A stretch of DNA of 64,000 bases, taken from assembly GCA_963758525.1 (NCBI GenBank), contig CAVWVQ010000003.1:1696001-1760000 (forward strand), in the 5' to 3' direction. The stretch is from an uncultured Phycisphaerales bacterium (GTDB lineage Bacteria; Planctomycetota; Phycisphaerae; Tepidisphaerales; Tepidisphaeraceae). Each line of letters opens with the position of its first letter. Position 1 is the first letter of the stretch. Both the position numbers and the translations under genes were made by a program. Below are positions 40,334-49,872 of the stretch, in pieces. A model generated the notes under the pieces. The model searched no databases and was not told the origin of the DNA. It worked only from the letters and a program-made list of their open reading frames with translations.

Positions 40334-40426
40334 ACACGAATTGACACGAATTTCGCACGAATCTTCACGAAGCCGATTTCCCCGCGTCTATTCGTGAAGA
40401 TTCGTGCGCCATTCGTGCAGATTCGG
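40334..40426. repeat. Inverted ~10-mer tandem-repeat cassette (CACGAAT core / ATTCGTG core)
   Basis: Four units per arm; CGCACGAATCTTCACGAA pairs perfectly with TTCGTGAAGATTCGTGCG. Confidence 0.85.
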
Positions 40427-40517
40427 GTTCCCTCTTCATGGATTCGCGCGGAAGCTGGGAGATTGACAGGCGCGATCGCGCAAGGTATTGAAGTCCGCGT
40501 GAAGGAAAAGGCATCTC

Positions 40518-41777
40518 ATGGAGTCGTCCGTAACATCCGTTCCGCCGCAAACGGCTGAACCGCCGCTGAGCCTGTATCACCTGCTCGATCCGGAGGTGCT
40601 GGCCGACCCATATCCCCTGTACCGCCGGCTGCGCGAGCACGACCCGGTGCACTGGGATCCGTATCTTCACGCCTGGATCGTGACGCGATACGAGGACGTC
40701 ATCACCGTTCTGCAGCGCTACTCCGCCGATCGCACGCCCACGCCCGCTTTCTTCGAAGCGCTCGGCGCGCCGGAGGTCGCGCCGGTCGCCAAGCTGATGG
40801 TCAAGCAGATGCTCTTCATGGACGCCCCGTCGCACACGCGATTGCGCAGGCTTGCCGGGCTGTCGTTCACGCCCGCGCACGTTCGCCTGCTGCGGGATCA
40901 CATCCAGCAGATCGCGACGAAACTGATCGACGACGTGATCGCCCGCGGCTCCGGCCGGATGGAGCTGCTCGCGGACTTCGCCGAGCCGCTGCCGGCGATC
41001 GTGACCGCCGAGCTCCTCGGCGTGCCCGTCGAGGACCACCTCAAACTCAAGAACTGGTCCGTGACCTTCGCGGAGATGCTCGGCAACTTCCAGCACAACC
41101 CCGACCGCCTTCCCGGTGTGCTGGCGGCAGTGGAAAACCTCAGCGCGTATTTTCACCAGGCGATCAAGGACCAGCGCATTCATCCGCGGGAGGGCCTGCT
41201 GCGCGAGTTCATGATTGCCGAGCTGGATGGTGACCGCCTGACCGACGATGAGATCGTCGCCAACTGCATTGTCACCATGGTCGGCGGCCTGGAAACGACC
41301 ACCAATCTCATCACCAACGGCATTCTCACGCTGGTGCGCAATCCCGATCAGATGCGACGGCTCCGCTCGGAGCCGCAGATCATGCCCACCGCGGTCGAAG
41401 AGTTGTTGCGCTACGAGAGCCCCAGCCAGCACACCGCCCGCCTGGCGCCCGACGACGTGGTGCTGGGCGGCAAGAAAATCGCCAAACGCCAGGCGGTGAT
41501 CGCTGTCATGGCCGCGGGCAACCGCGACCCGAACCGCTTCCCCGATCCCGACCGGCTCGACTTCGATCGTCCCGACAATCGACATCTGGCTTTCGGATGG
41601 GGCGCGCATTTCTGCTTCGGCGCGCCGCTCGCGCGCCTTGAGGGACATATCGCCTTCGAGACGCTGTTGCGGCGATTTCCCGAAATTGAGCTTGAAGACG
41701 GGCCGCTGGTCTGGCGGGATAACCTCGGCTTACGCGGTCTTAAAGCCCTGCCACTTTCCTTCCGGACCAGCACATGA
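40518..41777 (+). CDS. Cytochrome P450
   Basis: GGLETT I-helix, EELLR, NRDP, HLAFGWGAHFCFG heme ligand. Confidence 0.95.
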   Translation: MESSVTSVPPQTAEPPLSLYHLLDPEVLADPYPLYRRLREHDPVHWDPYLHAWIVTRYEDVITVLQRYSADRTPTPAFFEALGAPEVAPVAKLMVKQMLFMDAPSHTRLRRLAGLSFTPAHVRLLRDHIQQIATKLIDDVIARGSGRMELLADFAEPLPAIVTAELLGVPVEDHLKLKNWSVTFAEMLGNFQHNPDRLPGVLAAVENLSAYFHQAIKDQRIHPREGLLREFMIAELDGDRLTDDEIVANCIVTMVGGLETTTNLITNGILTLVRNPDQMRRLRSEPQIMPTAVEELLRYESPSQHTARLAPDDVVLGGKKIAKRQAVIAVMAAGNRDPNRFPDPDRLDFDRPDNRHLAFGWGAHFCFGAPLARLEGHIAFETLLRRFPEIELEDGPLVWRDNLGLRGLKALPLSFRTST

Positions 41778-42935
41778 TTGCAGACTCCCAGGCGCCGACA
41801 GCCAGGACTCCAGCACCCCTTTCGCCGCCGCAACTGCGGCCGGCGCGGCTTGAGGACTACCCGCGGATCGAACGCCTCGAGGCGTCGCTCCTGGCGAGCA
41901 CGCTGCCGGCCGAGGAGTGGTCCCGCCTCTGGCTGAACAACCCCATTCGCCAGCGGCTGGGCGCCGACTGGCCCATCGGTTGGGTGCTGGAGGACGGCAG
42001 CGGCCAGGTTGTGGGATCGATGTGCAGCCTCCCGACGCTCTACTGTTTTCGCGGCCGAGAACTGGTTGCCGCCAACGCCCGGGCCTGGGTCTGTCATCCC
42101 GACTATCGCGGCTACGCCCTGTGGCTGATGGAAGAATTCTATAATCAGCCGGGCGTCGACCTGTACATCAGCACCACGGCGAACACCAACGCCGAGCCGA
42201 TCTGCAAGTCCTTCGCAAATCGCATTCCCCTCGGCCAGTGGGATCGCGCCAGCTTCTGGACCACCAACTGCCTGGGCTTTGCCAATACCGCATTGCGGAT
42301 GAAAAAGATTCCCGCCGCGACCGTCCTCGCTCCCGCAGCGGCGATTGCCCTCAAGCTCCGCAACAAGCTGACCAAACCCCAACTCCCTGCCGACCCGTCC
42401 GGCTACGACATTACCTTCGCCGCTTATCCCTTCGACGCCCGCTTCGACCATTTCTGGACGGAGCTGCTCGCGCTGCATCCCGACAAGCTGGTCGCGGTCC
42501 GCGACAGCGCCACGCTCAACTGGCATTACGACCTGCCCATCCGCCACGGCAAGCTCTGGACCACCACCGCCACCGACAAATCCGGTCGTCTCCGCGCCTA
42601 CTGCGTCTTCAAGCGCGAAGACCAGCCCCCCGGCTACCAGGGCCTGACAAGAATGCCCTGATCGACTACCAGACGCTCGAACCCGCCACCGACCTTCTCC
42701 CCGCACTCCTCAAACCGGCGCTCGCGCCTGCGCAACAGAAAAAATCCACGTCCTGGAGAACATGGGCCCCGGCGTCCCCAAGATGCATTCCTTCGACCAC
42801 TACGCGCCCCATCACCGCTCCCTCCCCAACTGGAAGTTTTTCTATAAGGCCGCCGACCCAACGATCGACGCCGAGCTCGCCAGTCCCGCCCTCTGGGACC
42901 CCAGCAACTACGACGGCGACGCCAGTTTCGATTGA
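41774..42935 (+). CDS. GNAT-like acyl/aminoacyl transferase (frameshifts ~42650-42750)
   Basis: LRPARLED, GWVLED..QVVG, WVCHPDYRG motif-A-like; ATGA overlap with P450. Confidence 0.55.
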
Positions 42936-43098
42936 ACGGCGAGGCATGCCATCGCCGAATCCGGGGCGGCGCTGAAGCTCTGCCCCGGCGTGATGGCCGG
43001 AGACATCACCTTGCCAGTCGCGCCGTCCCGGATTCTGCCTGCGGGGGATTTCGTCTCTGTGGTTCACGTTCCGCGACAAAAGCCATGCTGCGATGCTC

Positions 43099-45174
43099 TC
43101 ACAGCTTCAAGTCGGTCAGGAATTCAGAACCCGGCTCCACTGCGGTAACCAGCAGACGATCTCTTGCCCGCGTGCAGGCGACGTACAGAAGCTGCCGCTC
43201 AGAGTCGTACACGCTCTCGAGTTCCGATTCGTCCGCCACACTTTGCACGCGATGTTCGTCAGGGATGACGCCATCATCGCAGCCCATCACGGCCACCGCG
43301 CGGAACTCAAGACCCTTGGCGTCGTGCATGGTGCCGATCATGATCCGCCCCGCAGTATCCGGCGAAATATCCCGCAGCTCGGAGCCGGCGGTCGATGAGC
43401 GCTTGACGGATTGCCATGCTCGCTGTTTCTGTCCGCTGGAGCGAACGAAGATCGCGATTTGAGCTGGCGTAATCCCCGACGCCTTGCAGGATGAAATCCA
43501 CTCTGCCACGGCGTCGATCTCGGCATCTTCTGTCTTTGCAATCCCGATAGTGGGCGGTGGACCATTGAACACCGACTGCGTTCGATCCCGTTCATCGGCG
43601 ATCCCGTCCACGTCCGTCACCGTCTTGGGCAGCAGGCGATCCGCGTGTTTCCGAATCTCGTTGGATGTTCGATAGTTGATGCGAAGCGTGTGCGAACGGC
43701 CACGCACGTCCACCCCTAATGATTTCCAGGAAAACGGCGACTGAAAAATACGCTGGCCCAGATCGCCGGCGAACATGAGCCCATTCGCCTTGTCACCGGC
43801 AAGGGCTGCAAGAAAACGCAACTGCGCCACACTCACGTCCTGCGCCTCATCCACCACGATATTGTCGTACAGTCGTTGTTCCGAACTCTCAGTTGTGTTG
43901 GGCGTTACCGCCCCAAATACCTGAGCCATGGTCACAAGGCCCGCGCCGGCCAACTCGTTCTCAACCTGCTCGAAGATCGTCCAGAGCTGATCTCTCTGTT
44001 TCTCCGTCAGGCGCGTCTTTCGACCCAGACGTGCGACGTTGCGATAAGCATCTCGCGTGCGCAACTGCCATGCATCAACCACGTCGTTCCACTCCGCCCA
44101 CAGGAACGCATCAGAGAAGCGGTGCGGCGCCGCAACTTTTGACGCCTTTGCGAGCGCGTCCCGGATAGTCGCTTCACGTGCGATCACGGCTTTGCCATGC
44201 TGTTGAGCATAGATTTCGAGGCCGACATCGTCGATTGAGCTGACTGTCACGCGAGAGGCAATCTCCGGATAGCCCGCCAGCAGGGTTGCCAGACGGGATC
44301 GAAGGTGACTCGCCAGCAGATCCGAGAAGGTCGTCAACAGCACCTTGTTCTGCGGATATTTCCGGGCCAGGAAGGCGGCGCGGTGAAGCGCCACCACGGT
44401 CTTTCCGGTCCCCGCCGAGCCGGCGACCCGCGCGGGTCCGCTGAATTGCCGCTGGACCAGCTTCTTCTGGTCCGGATGAAGAAAGATCGACCACGTCTCC
44501 CACGGCGCCTCCAAGGCCTGCGCCAATTCGGCCACGTCGGTCATCAGCCGGAAACGCTGCTGCGCCGCCGGATGCTCGAACGGATCGGCACCCGCGCCGA
44601 CTGGCTCCGGCAGCGTCGGCGTGTACCCAGTCGCCAGGTCCAGCAGCGCCTCGGCCGCCTCGCGCGGCAGATGCTCGGCGACATCGAAAATCGTGTCTTC
44701 CGTCGCCCCTCTGACATCCGCGACCCATTCCGCCGGCACGCCATACTTCAGCAACTGATCGTCGGCGACGCTCAGAAATAGCGCCCGCGGCTTGGCGGGT
44801 TTGGCTGGCGGGTGCGTGTAAGTCGGAATGACGACCTCCTGCACGCGCTCCCGGATTTCAACGAGCTGCGCCGCTCCGGTCGTCGGATGCCGCTCGATCT
44901 TCCGCCGCTCCGCCCAGTCGTACGCGTCGTCATGATGACCGACATAGCAGAGCAGCAGGCTTGCTGCCGTTTTGTGGACGATCAGGCGAATGTCGCGGCC
45001 GACGCGCACCGACCAGAAATTCCTGTCTTTCGCCTTATCCAGCTTGTGCAACTGCATGCCCGGTGTGGCCGGGTTCAGTTGCAGATCAAATGCAGTGGTC
45101 TTGACGAGCTTCTGCTCGTCGTTGGTCAACCGGGCCATGCTGCCGGTGAACGTGTCGGCGATGCGGAAGTCCAC
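43099..45174 (-). CDS. UvrD/Rep-like SF1 helicase with N-terminal RelE/ParE-like domain
   Basis: GSAGTGKT, VVDEAQD, GDLGQRI, NYRT, HDAKGLEF, LYVACTRAR; N-term LHKL...FWSVRV..DIRLI...YVGHHD. Confidence 0.88.
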   Translation of the reverse strand: MDFRIADTFTGSMARLTNDEQKLVKTTAFDLQLNPATPGMQLHKLDKAKDRNFWSVRVGRDIRLIVHKTAASLLLCYVGHHDDAYDWAERRKIERHPTTGAAQLVEIRERVQEVVIPTYTHPPAKPAKPRALFLSVADDQLLKYGVPAEWVADVRGATEDTIFDVAEHLPREAAEALLDLATGYTPTLPEPVGAGADPFEHPAAQQRFRLMTDVAELAQALEAPWETWSIFLHPDQKKLVQRQFSGPARVAGSAGTGKTVVALHRAAFLARKYPQNKVLLTTFSDLLASHLRSRLATLLAGYPEIASRVTVSSIDDVGLEIYAQQHGKAVIAREATIRDALAKASKVAAPHRFSDAFLWAEWNDVVDAWQLRTRDAYRNVARLGRKTRLTEKQRDQLWTIFEQVENELAGAGLVTMAQVFGAVTPNTTESSEQRLYDNIVVDEAQDVSVAQLRFLAALAGDKANGLMFAGDLGQRIFQSPFSWKSLGVDVRGRSHTLRINYRTSNEIRKHADRLLPKTVTDVDGIADERDRTQSVFNGPPPTIGIAKTEDAEIDAVAEWISSCKASGITPAQIAIFVRSSGQKQRAWQSVKRSSTAGSELRDISPDTAGRIMIGTMHDAKGLEFRAVAVMGCDDGVIPDEHRVQSVADESELESVYDSERQLLYVACTRARDRLLVTAVEPGSEFLTDLKL

Positions 45175-45184
45175 CCCGGTGCCC

Positions 45185-45844
45185 CTAGTTCGCGACGTTT
45201 GCGTCGATTTGATGGATCATCTGCCAGAGCCGGTCAGATTCACCACGCTCGACGATCTGAATCGGGGGCTGTCCCTCGAAAGCTTCATTGGGCGTCCGCA
45301 GCCATTCTCCGAGATGCTCCGGCGGCATGATCTCGGCGAGGGCATCGAACAATCGCTTGGTTTCCGTCAATTTCTGACGCGCCGAGTCGCTCAGGAGCCT
45401 TCCAGCCTCCCAGCCGGCGACAGAGCGGGTCGAATACCCTGTGATCCGCCCCATATCCTCCTGCGAGACGCCGGCCAATTTTCGAACTTCGCTGACACTG
45501 ACCATCGCTTTCGTTGTCTCGTGCTGTCGCCGGATGATCATTTTGCCATGGTGCACAGCCGTCGCAGTGCCAGCACCTGAGTGCCAAAAACCTTTCATCT
45601 GAAGCGCTTGGCCTGACAGACCAGAAGATCTCGGCCCCTTGAGCCGCGTTCGGTGATGAAGGGCCTTGAGACCTCTAAGTTTTCCGCTGAGAGGTGTTAC
45701 CTTTGCACCAATGGCTGCCTTCCCCCCAACCGGATAATGGTGCTTTTTACCGCCGGCGACCTGCCTTTTGGCGGCTGCACCCTTTGACTTAACCGTATGA
45801 GGCATACGTTCTCCAAGCTCATGGACTATCGGCATTTTACCCAA
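45185..45844 (-). CDS. Xre/MbcA/ParS-type antitoxin (HTH + C-terminal toxin-binding domain)
   Basis: HTH VSQEDMGRITGYSTRSVAGWE; WLRTPNEAFEGQPP; start uncertain. Confidence 0.8.
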   Translation of the reverse strand: MGKMPIVHELGERMPHTVKSKGAAAKRQVAGGKKHHYPVGGKAAIGAKVTPLSGKLRGLKALHHRTRLKGPRSSGLSGQALQMKGFWHSGAGTATAVHHGKMIIRRQHETTKAMVSVSEVRKLAGVSQEDMGRITGYSTRSVAGWEAGRLLSDSARQKLTETKRLFDALAEIMPPEHLGEWLRTPNEAFEGQPPIQIVERGESDRLWQMIHQIDANVAN

Positions 45845-45851
45845 CAGATTA

Positions 45852-45867
45852 CATGCAATATTGCATG
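45852..45867. promoter_or_regulatory. Perfect 16-bp palindrome (candidate operator) upstream of antitoxin
   Basis: CATGCAATATTGCATG in the toxin-antitoxin intergenic gap. Confidence 0.55.
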
Positions 45868-45879
45868 CAATGCAGCATC

Positions 45880-46491
45880 TTACTTCTGTTTCCCAAGTTT
45901 CTCAAGCTCCCCGGCGTTCAGCACCTCGATGCCCAGGCTGCCCGTCAGGCCGGAAGGGAACAAAACAAGATTCACCCCGGCGGGATCCGGCCTCGAGGGA
46001 ACCAGCAGGCCCTGAATACCGGCGTCAAACACCGCCCGTCCGAGCGCCTGGGTCGCCGACTCATCTCCACGTCCCATAACGGCTCGCCAATTTTCAGCCA
46101 TCAGATTGGCGAGCGGTTCCGGCAATCCGGCTGCAATCGCTGGTTGAGTCAGGTCAAGAACGGCATCCGCTTTCACCCGAATGGCAATAACCACCTTCGG
46201 AAATCCCCTCCAAACGGCGGTCCCAAAGTAGCGGGCATGCTCATTTGCTTCATGCATCGCCGTCTCTGGTGCTCGGCTGAGATAGACGACGTTCATCACT
46301 CCTGGTGGATTCCACCGGCCGCCGCCGAGAAATGCGCCGACCCCAGCGATAATCTCGTCCGCAGATGTGTGCCGGGGTCCCGCCACGCGGTAGAAGACAC
46401 CGTCAACCCCCAGCCGGTCCGTCTGAACCGAAAGCCAGTGCTGAAATGCGCCATACCGAGGATGTGGCCCTAACTTCATATTTCCCCTCAT
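45880..46491 (-). CDS. RES-domain toxin (putative NAD+ phosphorylase/ART)
   Basis: YR, GGRWN, VYLS...E, VLDL, TQALG, GLLVPS, NLVLF. Confidence 0.88.
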   Translation of the reverse strand: MRGNMKLGPHPRYGAFQHWLSVQTDRLGVDGVFYRVAGPRHTSADEIIAGVGAFLGGGRWNPPGVMNVVYLSRAPETAMHEANEHARYFGTAVWRGFPKVVIAIRVKADAVLDLTQPAIAAGLPEPLANLMAENWRAVMGRGDESATQALGRAVFDAGIQGLLVPSRPDPAGVNLVLFPSGLTGSLGIEVLNAGELEKLGKQK

Positions 46492-49443
46492 TCCACCCGG
46501 AACACCTTCATCACCTCATCCCCCAGGTGATTGATCACCTTCACCGCGATCTTCCCATCCTTCGGCTTTGGGAACGGCCTTGACGTGTCGCTGTTCAGCG
46601 TCGCCCAGGCATCTTCGTTGATCTCGGCGCGGAGCGTCGTCTTCAGGCTCTTGTAGGGATCGTTCGCGCCGAGGAAGTACGCCTGGCGGACGAAGAAGCT
46701 TTCTTCGTTGTAGTTGGTATCGATGAACCAGCAGGCGATTCCTTCGGCGCCGTCGCTGCGAACTTCGCGGGAGTTGGGGTGGAAAACGTCCACGCCATTG
46801 ATGCGGACACGGATCATGTCGAAGTCTTTCGGGTCTGCATTTGCCGGAGCGTCTTCGGGCGGGAGGATCTGAATGTCCGGCTCGCCGAAGATCACAAACA
46901 GATTGCCTTTGCCGGTGTTCTTCAGCTCCGTTCCCATGTGCAGTTCGGCGTTCATCCGCGCCTTGAGCACGGGGATTCTTCCAAGCTTGTTGAATTCACT
47001 GGCATGGGCCTCATAGTTGAACGCGCAGGCGATCAGCACGTCGAAGTTGGCATCTCCAGCTTCGCGGGCAGCCATCACGAGGTTCTGCCTTCCTGCCGTG
47101 CCGAACTCGGGACCGATGAAGATGCCGGCCCTGTGGGGAGGGGGAGAATGTTGAATAGTGAATTTAGAATTGTGAATTGAGGATGGGGAGGGGAGGCGGA
47201 TTTGTGTTCACTTCACTATTCACTATTCCCAATTCACTATTCTCTTCATACGTTCCCACCGCGCAGATATACGTTCCCGGCCAACCCGCGAGCGAAGTGA
47301 AGTCGATCTTGTCCTTTTTGTCCGCTTGCTGCACGCCGGCGGTGCGCAGGTTGTCCAGGATCATCTGAGCAAAATCTTTCGCATCACCGTCCTGGCGGGC
47401 GGCTTGCTGCGGATCGATCAGCTCATCATCCGCGCCCACCGTCATCACCCGGTGCGGGGACAAGCTCTCAACTGTGAATGGCCCGGCAACGCGAACCTTC
47501 TTCTTGTCCTCATATGGCTTGTCGTAGAGAAACTCGAACTCCGCCTTGGCGGCAATCGAGGCGTCGATCTCCTTCTGCCGCCCAATGCGGAGCGCCCAGA
47601 AATTGCTGTGAAGGCCCTTGGCCTCGGCCGACCAATTCGAATCCCCGTCTCTCGGTATCTCCCATTCCTCCAACAGGCTCTTCGCCTTCGTCGCGACCGA
47701 CAACTGGCCGCGGATCACTGACAATTGGCTTTCAAACTTCTCCCAGATGACATCGATCTCCGCGTTGTTGGCGATCGACTTCAGAGTGATGTGCGGCACC
47801 CGCTCGTAGACGAATCCCTGCCGCAGGCTGTCGTGCGTGGGAGCGGTACTCGGCTCGGTCCGCGACACCTCCGCCTCCTTCAACTGCCCCTCCCGGCTGT
47901 CGGCTTTCAGATAAAACGGATACCGCGCCCCCATGATCCGCGCCCGTGCCAACGCCAGCGCAACCCGCGATGTGTCGATCGTGATCCACCGCCGGCCCCA
48001 TTGCTCGGCGACATAAGCCGTGGTGCCGGAACCGCAGGTGGGATCCAGAACCAGATCGCCAGGGTCGGTTGCCATCAGCAAGCACCGCTCGACGACTTTC
48101 ACGTTCGTTTGAACGACATAGATTTTGAGATCAGTAAATTGTCCGGTCGCGGTGTCATCCCAAACGTTCGCTCTTGCCTTGACCGGGAAGTCACCGATCT
48201 CGCGGATGTATCGCAGCGAGTTCTCGGCCATGTATATCCGGTCCCCTTTGAGCAATCGCAGCATTCCGTCTGGATATCGCGCTTTCCAATGCGAGTTAGC
48301 GGGTGGTCGAAAATCGCGCCCGCGAACTTTGAAGGGATGGTCGGCGGCCGCTGCGCCCTGGGATATTAGATTGTCTGGCTTAAACGCGCGGATGTCTTTA
48401 TTCAGAGTAGCCGTGCTAACGCTTTCCCCAGATTTGAGAGAACGGGTTACACCGGGCGCTTCCTTTATCCAGCGTATGCTCCCTCTTGGCGATCTTGACT
48501 GAAAACTTCCCAAAGCTGCCGATATTTTGTCCCATCTGCCTTTCGCCCGTACCACAGAACATGGTCGGCGATATTCGCAAGCTTGCCGCTTTCGAAGCCG
48601 CCTGTTGTCGTGAAAACGATATCGCTTAGAAAATTGGATTCTCCGAACACTTCGTCGAGAACTGCTCGGACCCGATGAACATTCGCGTCGCCAATCTGAA
48701 CGAACACAGAGCCTGTCTCACTCAACAAGTCGCGCGCGACCGCCAGTCGGTCGCGAAGGTATGTGAAGGTACGAATTGATACCGTCTCGCCAGGTATCCC
48801 GAAACGCCTTTACCTGCTCCGGCTCTCGGGTCATGTGATCGACGCTGCCATCCTTCACATCCCGGCTGGTGGTTGACCACTGGAAATTCGAGTTGAATTT
48901 GATGCCATACGGCGGGTCGAGGTAGATGCATTGGACTTTGCCGCGGAGGCCTTCGCGCTCGGCGAGGCTGGCCATGACTTGCAGGCTGTCGCCGAGGATC
49001 AGCCGGTTGGCCCAGTGGGCGTCGTGGGCGTAGAAGTCGGTTTTGGCGTCGGTGTCGGGAAGGCCGTTGAAGTCGGCAAAGAGGTCGATCTGCGGGCCGA
49101 TGCCGACATCCTTCTGCCGCAGCACCTGCGCCGCGAGGCGTGCGGCATCGGACTGGCGCTTGATGTCGTCGATCAGCACCTTGGGATGCACCTTCTCCTG
49201 AATAAACAGCGGCGGCGCCGGAACCACCAGATCGGACCAATCCTGCTCGTCCTTTCCGCGCCAGACCAGTTGCGGATCGAGATCGCGATTCCGCCGCTCA
49301 TAGGCCACCCGCAGCGGCGACTGCTGATCGGTGCGCATGACCGATTCGTATTCAGCCGTGGGAATGTTCTTGCGCGACGCTTCGTCGTGAGTGAGGGTGA
49401 CGATGTCCTTTGCTGATGCGGGCTTGGTTGTGCGCTTGGCCAT
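46488..49443 (-). CDS. mod: Type III-like N6-adenine DNA methyltransferase (three frameshifts; contains repeat insertion)
   Basis: ILGDSL, IYLDPPYGIKF, VLDPTCGSGTT, VAGPFTVESL, IAVKVINHLGDE; pieces 48718-49443, 48465-48728, 47164-48555, 46488-47190. Confidence 0.88.
47146..47242. repeat. Inverted heptamer cassette (GAATAGT)n/(ACTATTC)n inside methyltransferase ORF
   Basis: Arms 47146-47180 and 47207-47242 around a purine-rich spacer. Confidence 0.88.
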
Positions 49444-49447
49444 GGGA

Positions 49448-49478
49448 AGAATAGTGAATAGTGAATGTCGAATAGTGA
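49448..49478. repeat. (GAATAGT)n arm downstream of four-helix-bundle gene
   Basis: AGAATAGTGAATAGTGAATGTCGAATAGTGA. Confidence 0.9.
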
Positions 49479-49490
49479 AAAAGGAAGAGG

Positions 49491-49853
49491 CTAGCCTCGG
49501 GTGTTTTTGACGATTGTTGTGAGGATGGCGACGAGCTGGTGGGATTCGTCCACGAGATCAGCAAGTTTCTCGGCCGGAATGATTTGTACCGCTGCCAGCA
49601 ACCGGAGCCAGTAATTGGCTTCGCGTGCTTCTTTGCAGGCGATGCTCATCTTCGACAGAAAGTCAGCGCGGCTCTGTCCAGCCTGCGCTTCCTCGACGTT
49701 TGCGCCCACCGACGTGGCTGACCTGAGAAGTTGTCCTACGAGCGCCCGGTTTCCGGTTGACCGGTCGAAGGACTGGCAAACCCGCACCACGCGCAAAGCG
49801 AAAGCAAAGGTTCGCTCAGCGATATCCCGCGGCTTTCCAACTTCACTATTCAC
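49491..49853 (-). CDS. Four-helix-bundle protein (TIGR02436 / 23S rRNA IVP family)
   Basis: RTFAFALRV, QLLRSATSVGANVEEAQ..SRADF..K..I..KEARE..YWL. Confidence 0.92.
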   Translation of the reverse strand: MNSEVGKPRDIAERTFAFALRVVRVCQSFDRSTGNRALVGQLLRSATSVGANVEEAQAGQSRADFLSKMSIACKEAREANYWLRLLAAVQIIPAEKLADLVDESHQLVAILTTIVKNTRG

Positions 49854-49872
49854 TATTCACCCTTCACTATTT
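49842..49872. repeat. (ACTATTC)n arm upstream of four-helix-bundle gene
   Basis: TTCACTATTCACTATTCACCCTTCACTATTT; contains rhuM stop and the GTG start. Confidence 0.9.

Noticed and set aside
47695..47730. Possible second heptamer remnant (CAGTTGT-like; SQLSVIRGQLSV) in mod
   Set aside because: Only two good units and no inverted partner; cannot be distinguished from chance without an alignment.
49491..49853. Diversity-generating retroelement (Avd-like gene)
   Set aside because: No reverse transcriptase and no TR/VR pair seen in the window.
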